Shown here: positions 37,379 through 49,351 of the stretch, piece by piece
Layout: every line of letters begins with the position of its first letter
How positions within the stretch are numbered: the stretch's first letter is position 1
Assembly: GCF_001194135.2 (NCBI RefSeq)
Contig: NC_068991.1
Location: 50,649,294 to 50,713,293, forward strand
Length of the DNA stretch: 64,000 nucleotides
Origin: Octopus bimaculoides
Lineage: Eukaryota
Direction of reading: 5' to 3'
Notes under the pieces: model-generated
What the model was told of the DNA's origin: nothing
The model's input: only the letters and a program-made list of their open reading frames with translations
The model's database searches: none
Position numbers and translations under genes: made by a program

Positions 37379-37850
37379 TTCTTCAACACATTGTATTTCC
37401 ACATATCTGAATCTCATATTATCCCATGTAAGAAGTCCAATGTTCGCTCTTCACTGTTTCCTCTCAGATCACTTTTAGTCTACAATTCTATTATGCCCAC
37501 CTCATTACTAACTTTAAGATGTTTCTTTATTTAATATACAGTATCGGTTGAAATTACATTACATTCTTTATTTAACATATGCTATATTACATGGCCAACT
37601 CAATTATCTTTACTAGATGCAGTTTGCAATGGGACAATGTCTTGATAAGGTAAGATTCGTTACTATTAATTACTGTTGTAGAAGTAAAATAAGTTCATGT
37701 ATAATTATAGTCTCAGGATTATATATCCTCTAAACATTTCATCGTGTTTGGTTGGAGTGTGACAAATTTACTAGCTGTTAGAAGTATGTACCAGCTACTG
37801 TTGGTGTCTAATACATTCCTTGGCATCTTGTCCAGAAGAAGCTTTACGAA

Positions 37851-37990
37851 TCATCATCATCATTTAATGTCCGTTTTCCACGCTGGCATGGGTTGGACAG
37901 TTTGACAGGAATTGGCCAGCCGGGAGCTGTCCAGATTCCAGTTGTCTGTTTTGGCATGGTTTCTATGGGTGGATGCCTTTCCTAATGCCA
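37851..37990 (-). mobile_element. RTE-type 3' end fragment
   Basis: CATCATCATCATTTAATGTCCGTTTTCCACGCTGGCATGGGTTGGAC. Confidence 0.75.
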
Positions 37991-38519
37991 AATCTAACAT
38001 GAAAAATGACAATTACAATTAATGCTGTTTTATTAGATTTCAAAAGTGAAAAATCTATATATATTTGACGATATATTTGCTGGATTTGGCATAAAATTGA
38101 AACTAGTTACCTTTTAAAAGTTTTTCTTGTTAACTGTTATTTTACTTGACGTTTTCTTAAGGTCGGTAGGAGGATACATGCCTACAACAATTTGTGTATG
38201 ATCATCATTATTGCTGTTGTTGTTTTATGTTCAACTTCAATGTTAGCATAAATTAGATGGGTTGTTGCTTCTGTCTTATATGTGTTGCAGGACCGAACCT
38301 TCTTTATGAATTTAACGATAGACTTAGTTTCCATCGTTGGATTCCCTTCCTAACAACAGCCATTGTATAACTGGATGCATTTTAATGTGGTATCAGCATT
38401 GAAGAGGTTGTCACGTCTTTGACAAGATTGAAGGATCATGTCAATGCTACACTTAATAAAAATGTTCTAGGTACACTTTCTGTGGCACCAATACTGAAGA
38501 GGATAGGGGTAAAGTGTAA

Positions 38520-38852
38520 AGACCCCCTTTAGTCATGAACGACCATGATTTTTGCACCTCGAAAGTTACCTTCTGAGGCACAAGTCTAGGCAAGGTTGTT
38601 TGTGGAAGACCAGCAATCGCTCATGCATATCAGCCTCCCCTCTCCGTACCACTGATGTTATCCAAAGGAAAGGCAAAGACCAATATAGCTTGGCACCAAT
38701 GATGTAGCAACTCATTTCTGCAGCTGAGTGAACTGGAGCAATGTGAAATAAAGTATCTTGCTCAAGAACACAACACATCCTGGTCCAAGATTTGAACTCA
38801 ATATCACATGATTGTGAACCAAATGCTTTAACCACTGAGCCATGCTACTTCA
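38520..38852 (-). mobile_element. Family D SINE
   Basis: Matches 32750-33085. Confidence 0.8.
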
Positions 38853-39520
38853 TAGTGGATGGGGTTAAAAGGAAGATAAATGGTGGATGTTAATACCAGA
38901 AGATGAATATTGTTAGAGTGTATTTGATAAGGTCCAATATGCTTGTACTTCAAATGAGTGAGTTATGACAATTGAGAGAGAGAGAGAGAAGTGGAGTGTT
39001 AGTGTGGCATCCATTCTTAGACAGGAAACCATGTTTGGTCAACAAAAGAAATCCAGTGCTATCTTTAGTCACACCAACAGCATAAAAAAAGTGAGATGAG
39101 CGATAGGAGCATGAGTAATAAAGATATGAATGAGAAAGAGACGATTGATTAGGGCTTTAGAAAAATCAAAGGCTGTCAAAGAGGTCTAAATAGAGACTTG
39201 ACAATGCTGTCAGATAAAATATAAAAAACACTGTCTACACGAATTTCTTAACACACACACACACACATATATATGCATATGGTGAGCTGGCAGATTCGTT
39301 AACATGCCAGACAAAATGCTTAGCTGTATGCCCTCTAGCTTTAATGTTCTGAGTTCAAATGCCACCAAGGTTAATTTTGCCATTCACCCTTGTAGGGTTG
39401 ATAAAATAAGTATCAGCTGAGCACTAGTGTTAATGTAATCAACTAACCCTCTCCATCAAGGTTGCTGGTTTTGTTCCAGAATATGAAACAATATGCATAT
39501 CTGTTTGTCTGTCTACATAC

Positions 39521-40002
39521 AAGTGGCTGAGCCCTCCACAGACACGTGTACCCTTAACGTAGTTCTCGGGGATATTCAGCGTGACACAGTGTGACAAGGC
39601 TGACCCTTTGAATTACAGGCACAACAGAAACAGGAAGTAAGAGCAGGGTTCGCCACCATCCCCTNNNNNNNNNNTGAATTACAGGCACAACAGAAACAGG
39701 AAGTAAGAGCAGGGTTCGCCACCATCCCCTGCCGGTGCCTTGTGAAGCTTTAGGTGTTTTCGCTCAATAAACACTCACAACACCCGGTCTGGGAATCGAA
39801 ACTGCGATCCTATGACCGCGTGTCCACTGTCCTAACCACTGGGCCATTGCGCCTCCAAAATTACTAAGTAAATCATTATTATTATTATTATTAGGGTGGT
39901 GAGCTGACAGAATTGTTAGTGCGCTGGGACAAAATGCTTAGTGGCATTTCTTCTGGCTTTACATTTTGAGTCCGCTGCCCTAACCACTGGGCCATTGCGC
40001 CT
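39521..40002 (-). mobile_element. Family C SINE, internally duplicated and carrying flank sequence from the 11.7-kb locus
   Basis: Two heads; 39858-39971 copies 11663-11770; 10-N gap at 39665-39674. Confidence 0.8.
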
Positions 40003-40130
40003 CTACATCTATCTACATACCTACTTTATCTATCTATCTATCTATCATTAATTAATTAATTAAGTTTATGTGTTTCTATGTCTTGTATAATTTCAGTCAC
40101 CAAATTAAGATGGATCATTTCAAATGAAAT

Positions 40131-40215
40131 ATGGACAAGACAACAAGAAGTGAACTAATAAAAACTATTGAAAGTCAGAAAGACAAAATTCAAAGATATG
40201 AAGCCAGATTAAGAG
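40131..40215 (+). CDS. GCC1: GCC1/GCC88 coding exon 1
   Basis: MDKTTRSELIKTIESQKDKIQRYEARLR; acceptor tttcag at 40091-40096; donor AGAG|GTAAGT; phase 1. Confidence 0.92.
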
Positions 40216-40624
40216 GTAAGTGGTTGCTTGTATCAGGAAATTCAGATACTGGAAAAAAACAACCGGTAATTAATCCATTGATATAAACCTTCTGACTCTG
40301 CTTGTCTCTGTACAACACAATAAGCCTTAAGGGAGGTAACTGTGACTGGTTTTTTGTCTTTGATTCTATCAGAATGAGCCTGTTGTGTTTCGTTGTAACA
40401 TTTTTGATGGGTCGGTCGTCTGAAATAATTTCAATATCTTTTCATGATTATATCTTGGGTGTAAATGTATCAGGAATCGATGATTATAGGTAAACAAGGC
40501 AGGGCAGACAGAGAACACAAATGATTATTTTATAATTAAATTGGTTCATTGATTAGTTTGGTGTAAAATTTGTATATTGCTATTGAATATTTTATTAATG
40601 AAAATCTAATCGTTTATTACCTAG

Positions 40625-40818
40625 ATTTAATCAGTGCTTACAAAGGTTTGTCAAAAGAGAAAGAGGCTCTGGAAGCTAGCATCCAATGTTTAACTGCAAC
40701 TGATTTGAACAATGGTATAGGTAAAAAATCATTTTCTGCTGCCAACAAGGAAAACAACAATGACAAAGAAAAAACAGATGAAGAAAAAGAAGAAATTCCT
40801 CACCCATTACAGTCAATG
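40625..40818 (+). CDS. GCC1: GCC1 exon 2
   Basis: cctag|AT; DLISAYKGLSKEKEALEASI motif; ATG|GTAATT; 194 nt, phase 1/0. Confidence 0.92.
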
Positions 40819-41714
40819 GTAATTATTTAAAGCTTTTTTTTTATTATATGTTATCAGGAAATTTGAAGTAAGTTCTTTTACAACTGGAAGAGTATTGGGA
40901 TATCTTTATTCTTCTAATATTACTGATTTTTAAAGCTTTTTGTACACAACTAGGTTTATTTAAGATGTCTGTAAGTTTGAAGTAACAGTTTTTGGCCTTC
41001 AGTTGAATTAAAGAGATGTCATAACGGTATTGGCACTTAATAAACTTCCAGTCAATGAGACAAGTATGACAAACGCTTCACTGTGAGAGTCAAACACAGA
41101 CAGAAATACACACACACACACACATGTTGGGCTTCTTTTAGTTTCTGTCTACTAAATCCCCTGACAAGGCTTTGGTGAGCCCAAAGCTATATTAGAAGAC
41201 ACTTGTACCATTGCGTGGTACTGAACCTGGGACTGTGTGGTTGGGAAGCAAGCTTCTTACCACACAGCCATGCCTCCACCATTTCTTACCCAACAGCCAC
41301 ACCTGTGTATTTTGTAATAATGGTTCGCTGAGATCAGATAGAAATATCTAGAAAAAATGTGCTCTTGAATTAAATGGAATTACTAAAAGAATGTCATAAA
41401 GTCAAAAGTAAAAGTTCCATTGTTGCATATTTGAAAAAATGCATAGTTTCAATGGAATGGACAATATTTTACTCTAAGAGACTTCTTAGTTCATCTAATT
41501 TAGTAACTAGATCCCTACATTTATCAGGAACAATATCTTATGCAGCTGCAGTTCCAGTTTGGTATCAATACAAGGAAAATGATGAACCACAAACTAGATA
41601 TATAGCTTGAACTGATTCTTAAGGATGAATGGAATATATCAGCTCAAAATATATTATCAATTCATAACAGATCAAAATGAAGAATAATGAATATTGACAG
41701 CAGATCAAATAGAG

Positions 41715-42543
41715 CAGGGGTTCTCAACCATTTTTTGTCTGTGAACCCCTTTGATCGTTGTTTTATTGTAGTGGATCTTCCATAATCATTCAGTGTTTAA
41801 AAACTAGTTCTATAGAGACTTTTTTTTTGACAATTCCTATTTTAAATTAAAATTACGATAAACGTAAATAAACAAACGATGTTTGCTTTTAGAAGCGCTG
41901 AGATGTCTTTTAGAAAGTTAAAGAAGTGATTTTAAATTCTCAATCGCAGAATAATGCTAATAATATAGCCTGAACAGGATAAACTATCCCTATTTTGCAG
42001 AGAAAAGTGTAGGTGGCTAGCTGTGGACTCGAACTCACATCCCCGTGATTACATGTCACGATGCTTTGACCGATTATTATTTACGTTTATCGTAATTTGA
42101 ATTTAACATATGAGAGCGTCTTATAAAGTGAGATTTATATATCTTAATTTGCAGAGGAATTTGTAGTGGGTAGCTTAGCTTAATTGGTCAAAGCATCGTG
42201 ACATGTAATCACGGGGATGTGAGTTCGAGTCCACAGCTAGCCACCTACACTTTTCTCTGCAAAATAGGGATAGTTTATCCTGTTCAGGCTATATCATTAG
42301 CATTATTCTGCAATTGAGAATTTAAAATCACTTCTTTAACTTTCTAAATTCCTATTTTGTTTTTCATACATTAACTTGTGTAGGTTGAACTATGTAAAAT
42401 GTTAAGAGAAAGAAACTGAGCTATTTCTTGCAATACATACCACTATATACATCTACAACCAAATGTTTTCAGAGGTCCTTGAAATACTATTGTGGGTCCC
42501 CAATTTACTATTTTATTGCATGGACCCCAGTTGAGAATCACTG
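41715..42543. mobile_element. hAT-type MITE hosting a 503-bp insertion
   Basis: TIR CAGGGGTTCTCAAC / GTTGAGAATCACTG; degenerate 8-bp TSD aaatagag / aaagagat. Confidence 0.8.
41844..42346. mobile_element. tRNA-Thr(TGT)-like unit duplicated in inverted orientation, 12-bp TSD
   Basis: Arms 41909-42076 and 42181-42348; tRNA-like 42169-42243; TSD aattcctatttt at 41832-41843 and 42347-42358. Confidence 0.85.
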
Positions 42544-42959
42544 AAAGAGATTTCAGTCCCTCAAGTCCCCAATAATATTATGGTTCAACAACTGAGACAG
42601 ACATAAACTTAGCAAATGACATTAGACATAGTTGTTGAATAATGAAAGGAATTCAATTAATTTATTTCTGGATGAGGGGATGTTATTGGTAGGTTAATAT
42701 TACTGTTTATGAATAAGGTGGTGAGCTGGCAGAATCATTAACACACTGGGCAAAATGCTTAGCGGTATTTCATCTGTTTTCGTGTTCCGAGTTCAAATTC
42801 CACCATGGTGAACTTTGCATGTCATCCTTTTGGGGTTGATAAAATAAGTACCAGTTGATCATTGAGGTTGATGCAGTTGACTTACCCACTACACTGAAAT
42901 TGATGGCCTTGCACCAAAATTTGAAATCAGTAATATTGTTTGTGATTAGGAAGACTTAA

Positions 42960-43643
42960 CACTTTTGTTGCCATATTTCTGTTGAAATGCTCTGTGTTTC
43001 TTTCAATTATTCTAAATATAACAAAGAATTTAGTAAAATAATTTAATTATCTATTTCGTTATTGCCCACAAGGGGCTAAACATAGAGGGAACAAACAAGA
43101 ACAGACGAACGGATTAAGTCGATTATATCGACTCCAGTGCGTAACTGGTACTTAATTTATCGATCCCGAAAGGATGAAAGGCAAAGTCGACCTCGGCGGA
43201 ATTTGAACTCAGAACGTAACGGCAGACGAAATACCGCTAAGCATTTCGCCCGGCGTGCTAACGATTCTGCCAGCTCGTTAACTTAATTATCATCAACCCT
43301 TTAGCATTCAGACTACTCTGTCAAATGTAAAGCCTGTTTAATTACATTGTTTTAAATTAATTGTACAACATCTTGAAACTCTGAGATTTTGATGGTGTCC
43401 CTGTTTATTTTTAGAATGAGTTTGTAGGGTAGGTGTGAGAGGTCAGAGCTGACTGGTTTGAGCATAAAACAGGAAGACAATTTTGGCCTGATATGGCCGG
43501 TTTAAACACTAAAGGGTTAAGCTAGTGTTAGGAGCATATATTGTGATTAAGGTTTGGTGGAAGATTTTAATTCAGAACTTTTGAAAACAAGACATTTGTA
43601 CTACAGAGCCAGAGGCGATTTCAGGTGGGTTTGTATCAAAAGG
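42960..43643. mobile_element. piggyBac-like MITE interrupted by a young family A SINE (43035-43277, minus) and a second piggyBac-like MITE (43297-43516)
   Basis: An uninterrupted sister copy lies at 60858-61068; the SINE has a 13-bp TSD taa(t/c)ttaattatc. Confidence 0.75.
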
Positions 43644-43910
43644 TTTAAGGTGATTACTAATTCATTGTAACAGCTTGGCTTTGATTATATTTCGATAAAT
43701 ACTATGACACAATGTATTTCATCTCTTGTTTTTTTTATCACAATCCTTTTAAGATACATATTTTATACAGAATTCTTAAGTATTTTGATATTTTCTATGA
43801 AGCCATTCCATTCTGTTGATAAAATTAAATCTAAGAGTATTTCATGTCTAATATAGACTCAGAATTGCTATTTTATTTATTTTAGACTCAAATTTAATTT
43901 TCTATTTCAG

Positions 43911-44036
43911 TCCAGTGAATCCCATCAGACTGATATTGAAGAAAAGTTGGCTACATTGACGACCACATTAAGTGTTTTGACCAATGAAAAATCTCGACTT
44001 GAAAGTAGTTATCTTGCCGAAAAAAAACAGCTAAAA
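43911..44036 (+). CDS. GCC1: GCC1 exon 3
   Basis: tttcag|TCC; KLATLTTTLSVLTNEKSRLESSYLAEKKQLK; AAA|GTAAAT; 126 nt. Confidence 0.93.
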
Positions 44037-44590
44037 GTAAATTTGTACCTGATATTTTTAATTATTTTTTAACAGTCTCGTGATCAAGAAATTCAAATTT
44101 CTCTTGATTTTGGTATCAGTGCTAAACTTTTACTGTATTCTTCATAGTTCTTATAGTGTCTGAGACAAAAAATAGAAGCAGATGTACCACGGTGTAGCCA
44201 TCTAGTTTCACCAGTCCTCAGTCAAATCGTCCAACCCATGCTTGCATGGAAAGCGGACGTTAAACGATGATGATGAATGAGTGCATACTATTTTCATCTT
44301 TGATGATATTAGCATAGTATAACCATTGTAAGGTGTTGAGCCGGTAGAATTGTTAGGATGCTGGGCAAATTGCTTAGTGGTATTTCATCCGTCTTTACAT
44401 TCTGAGTTCAAATTCCACTGAATTCGACTTTGCTTTTCCTCTTTTCTGGGTCAGTAAAATAAGTACCAGTTGAGCACTGGGGTTGATATAATCGACTAGC
44501 TTCTGCTCCAAAATTGCTGGCCTTGTGCCAAAATTTGAAACCAATATTATACCAAGCAGTGTATATGTTGGATTAATTTTGCTATTGCTA

Positions 44591-44924
44591 ATCATCATCA
44601 TCATCATCGTTTAACGTCCGCTTTCCATGCTAGCATGGGTTGGACGATTTGACTGAGGACTGGTGAAACCAGATGGCTACACCAGGCTCCAATCCGATTT
44701 GGCAGAGTTTCTACAGCTGGATGTCCTTCCTAACGCCAACCACTCAGAGAGTGTAGTGGGTGCTTTTACGTGTCACCAGCACGAAGGCCAGTCAGGCGTT
44801 ACTGGAAATGGCCACGCTCAAAATGGTGTATTTTATGTGCCACCCGCACAAGAGCCAGTCCAGGGGCACTGGCAACGATCTCGCTCGAAAATCCTTACAC
44901 ATGTCACGTGCACAAGTGCCAGAA
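44591..44924 (-). mobile_element. RTE-type 3' region (young), truncated by a gap
   Basis: Inverted partner at 44191-44276. Confidence 0.85.
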
Positions 44925-46493
44925 NNNNNNNNNNNNNNNNNNNNNNNNNNNNNNNNNNNNNNNNNNNNNNNNNNNNNNNNNNNNNNNNNNNNNNNNNNNN
45001 NNNNNNNNNNNNNNNNNNNNNNNNNNNNNNNNNNNNNNNNNNNNNNNNNNNNNNNNNNNNNNNNNNNNNNNNNNNNNNNNNNNNNNNNNNNNNNNNNNNN
45101 NNNNNNNNNNNNNNNNNNNNNNNNNNNNNNNNNNNNNNNNNNNNNNNNNNNNNNNNNNNNNNNNNNNNNNNNNNNNNNNNNNNNNNNNNNNNNNNNNNNN
45201 NNNNNNNNNNNNNNNNNNNNNNNNNNNNNNNNNNNNNNNNNNNNNNNNNNNNNNNNNNNNNNNNNNNNNNNNNNNNNNNNNNNNNNNNNNNNNNNNNNNN
45301 NNNNNNNNNNNNNNNNNNNNNNNNNNNNNNNNNNNNNNNNNNNNNNNNNNNNNNNNNNNNNNNNNNNNNNNNNNNNNNNNNNNNNNNNNNNNNNNNNNNN
45401 NNNNNNNNNNNNNNNNNNNNNNNNNNNNNNNNNNNNNNNNNNNNNNNNNNNNNNNNNNNNNNNNNNNNNNNNNNNNNNNNNNNNNNNNNNNNNNNNNNNN
45501 NNNNNNNNNNNNNNNNNNNNNNNNNNNNNNNNNNNNNNNNNNNNNNNNNNNNNNNNNNNNNNNNNNNNNNNNNNNNNNNNNNNNNNNNNNNNNNNNNNNN
45601 NNNNNNNNNNNNNNNNNNNNNNNNNNNNNNNNNNNNNNNNNNNNNNNNNNNNNNNNNNNNNNNNNNNNNNNNNNNNNNNNNNNNNNNNNNNNNNNNNNNN
45701 NNNNNNNNNNNNNNNNNNNNNNNNNNNNNNNNNNNNNNNNNNNNNNNNNNNNATATACGTGTATGTATATCTATGTATGTTTGTCTTTGTGTCTGTGTTT
45801 GTCCCCCCTCCCCCATCACCGCTTGACAACTGGTGTTGGTGTGTTTATGTCCCTGTAACTTAGTGGTTTGGCAAAAAGACCGACAGAATAATAAGTACTA
45901 GGCTTAAAGTATAGTCCTGGGGTCAATTTGTTTGACTAAAGCAACTTCAAGGTGGTGCTCCAGCATGGCCGCAGTCAAATGACTGACGCAAATAAAAGAA
46001 TAATACAATCAGATGCTAAATTTCGAGAAGGGGAACAGCAGATCATTTTTGACTCTTCAGCACTTGATTAACCTTATTTTTATTCATCTTGAAAAATTGA
46101 ATGTGATAAGGATGAAATCCACTTCTTTCCTACAAAATAATCTGAATACTTCGATTTATTGGTCTATATTAAGTAATGTAGCAAGTCCAAACTTCGTTAA
46201 TTAGGTTTGAAATTATAAATAGTTGAAAAATTACTTCTATAAATAATGCACATGTGAGGTTGACAAGTGTGAAATATAATACAATTTTAGTTGAGATATT
46301 TTTCTGATGCTGCAATAAATGATAAGTCAATAACCATTAGTAGTAAGTTACTGTGTTGTGGTTGATGAAACCATAGTAAGCATTCTGAAGTATTTTCACA
46401 GACTATGTTGTGTAGTAATGAATTTTTTTCATTCAACTTTACATACTTATATAAAGTTTTGTAATTAGCAGTCTTCCGTTTCTTTTCAATTAG

Positions 46494-46583
46494 ACAGAAA
46501 ATGAAGATCTCCAGAGAAGGCTAGAAGAAAATGAAAAAGTATCTAATCTAAGACAGCAAGGACAAGATGAAATTATCAAGGAT
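46494..46583 (+). CDS. GCC1: GCC1 exon 4
   Basis: aattag|ACA...GAT|GTAAGT; TENEDLQRRLEENEK...IIKD; 90 nt, phase 0/0. Confidence 0.82.
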
Positions 46584-47426
46584 GTAAGTGTCATTGCTAA
46601 AGGAACAAAGCCATTTTATTTATATCTTCATGTTATTAACATATTACAGCTGAGATGCATTATTCATGGGTAACTGTGATACGAAAGAGTTAATAATATG
46701 TAAATTTTAGTTCAAAAGACCCTAATTATTGATTCTCTGAAATATCCCCATTATTACACATCATACAATGTAATTGTGTTGTAAACAGATACATAACTCT
46801 GCTTGCTTTAATCTCTGTAGCCAACAGCAATTTTAAGTATGTTATGGTTGATTGATTAGTGTCATTAATTACATCCAGTTGGGAAAATACTTTTATTCCT
46901 GTTGAATGCAAATGTTTAAAGTTTAAAACACTGCCCTACCATACTAGATGGAAAAATAATTTTGGAAACAAAACTCTCATTTGTGCTGTCCTTGAAATGT
47001 CGATGTAAAGCAGTGTCATGTAAAAAGCACTGGTGTGGGTGATGGTCCCACATAAAGAGCACTCAATACTACACCCTGTAAAGTGGTTGGCATTAAGAAG
47101 GGCATCCAGCCACATATAAAGTACCCAATACACTCTGTGGAGTGGTTGGAGTTAGGAAGGGCATCCAGCCAGAGAAACCAAATCAAAACAGACTATAGAA
47201 CCTGGTGCAGCCACTAGCCTAGCCAATTCCTGTGAAGCCATCCAACCCATGCCAGCATAGAAAGCAGACATTAAATGTTGATGATGATGGAAGCATAGTA
47301 AGGGAGTGTGTTGTCAGCAGAACATAATAGTAGAATGAGGTGGGATGCCAACAGTTTAATTTATTCCTATTTAAGGGATCTCCAGTATAAATCTAAGCTT
47401 GTTTCATTTTTATTTTTTTATTATGT

Positions 47427-47891
47427 TCAATAAAGAACAAAGTAAGAATCTTTAACACTAACGTAAAAGCGGTGTTATTGTATGGGGCTGAGACATGGCG
47501 AATAGCAGTTAAGTCAAATAAGCAAATACAATCATTCATCAACAGGTGCTTGCGTAGTATACTTGAAATCAGATGGCCCGAACACATAAGCAATATAGAG
47601 CTATGGCAAAAAATGAATCAAGTTTCGATTAGAGAGCAAATATTTAAGAAAAAGTGGAAGTGGATTGGTAGCACAATTAGAAAGGACACACCAAATGCAG
47701 CGAAAAGTGCTTCACAGTGGAATCTGGATGGATATAGAAAGTGGGGTAGGCCTAAGAACTCGTGGCGTAGATCAACACAAAAGGAACTAGAGAAAGGGGG
47801 ACATTCATGGCAGAGTATAAGTACAGAAGCGAAAAATTATGCGACATGGAATTCAATTATAAGTGGCCTATACTCTGCGTTGGAGGGTTAA
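47427..47891 (+). mobile_element. RTE-clade LINE, C-terminal coding fragment
   Basis: KVRIFNTNVKAVLLYGAETW...RCLRSILEIRWPEHISN..LW...KWKWIG...GRPKNSWRR. Confidence 0.92.
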
Positions 47892-49222
47892 AAGCAAGAA
47901 AGAATTATGAATTTCAAAGTAATCCTTCACTGAGCTGCTTTGTTAAAAATCTGTGGTTATTGACGTTCTTATATACTATATGCCTTAAAGCAAAGTCTGT
48001 AATGCTTTCATATAAAGTTATCAAGGGCAGTGAGCTGGCAGATTTGTTTCTGCACTGGGCAACATGCTTAGTTGCATTTCATTTGTCTTTAACATTCTGA
48101 GTTCAAATTCTGCTAAAGCTAACTTTACCTTTCATCCATTTGTACTTGATAAAATAGATGCCATTTGAGCACAGGGGTTGATGTAATCGAGTTAACCATT
48201 TCCTCTAAAATTGCTGGCTTTGCTTTAAAATTTGAAATCAATATAAAGTTAATATGTATTTTAATATTTTTTTATCAGTTATTAAAGATTGGAGTTGATA
48301 TTTGGTATGTAAAACATAAATATCTTCAAGAAGCTTTTATGAGTCAATGCTTAACTTCAATCTTATTGGCTTTAAGCAAATGAATAAGTAGTGTCCCTGG
48401 TTTGCTGGAAACTATCACAGGCGGTAAAATTTATTTAAAAAAAAAAAACGAAAGAAATTGCAACACAAGTGAATATCTTTTCCAAATAGACTACAAAATG
48501 CCTTTGATAAATTTAGTCTATGGTTCCTCATTTTTGGGTGGAATTCTACTTTAAGCACCCCATATAACCTCTCGTAGCTTTAAAATTTTTTGAAGTTGTA
48601 TTCTACACAGGAATTCACATGGCTATATAAAAAAATATTTTAAAAAATTTTTCGAAATTTTTTTAAAGAATATTTTGGGTGATTTTTCAAATTTTTCTTT
48701 TTGAGTCAGTTTAAAATATGGACAGTCTAAATTTTTGGCTTAAATCCCAGAATAGACCATTAAATGTGTTTATGAAGAGGAAGATATTGAAAAGCATCAA
48801 TACGTCAAACTGACAAACGAGGAAGGTATGAGGGGTGAGATGTGCTAAAAATAACAGCTAAATAGGCCTTAAATCACGCACCAGAAAATTTTTTTTTGCT
48901 TTGCATAATTGTATGAATTTCCATATATAGAATACAAATTTGCAAAAATTTCCTGAAAATACAAAAAAAAAGAAAGGTTATGAGGAATTATATGGCATTC
49001 ATGAAACAAAATTCTGCCCATTTTTGTTTCTTCGTTAGTTCTGTGCTTTATTCCTCAAAGAATTATCAAAGCTTTATCAAACAGATATATCTAACATGTA
49101 GAAAGAGAGTGAAAAAAAATTAACATTAATTCAGGTGGCATCATTTATGCTGCATGAATTATTAATGTTGATGAATCATTAATCATTAAAAACTGTGATT
49201 ATTGTTGTAATTCTTATTACAG

Positions 49223-49351
49223 CTAAAACAGAAACTTCGGTCTCAGCAAAGAGAACGAGAACTGGAGCAAACAGACCATGCCTTTATGTTACGAGAACTT
49301 CAAAAACTTGTCAGTGATGAGCGGACTGCCAGGGAAGATCTTGAATATCAA
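49223..49351 (+). CDS. GCC1: GCC1 exon 5
   Basis: ttacag|CTA; QRERELEQTDHAFMLRELQKLVSDER; CAA|GTAAGC; 129 nt. Confidence 0.95.

Noticed and set aside
41895-41920. Hammerhead in the tRNA-Thr-like insertion (CTGAGATGTCTTTTAGAAAG)
   Set aside because: The core lacks a base and helix II cannot form; not supportable without a family consensus.
42169-42243. Functional tRNA-Thr(TGT) gene
   Set aside because: A at position 33, an irregular T stem and an acceptor mismatch, and it sits inside a TSD-flanked insertion; treated as tRNA-derived.
44663-45863. Long ORFs of 300-390 aa here and at 18311-18775, 33758-34198, 50759-52004, 52524-53294, 54240-54723 and 55373-55891
   Set aside because: They are runs of X across assembly N gaps, not coding evidence.
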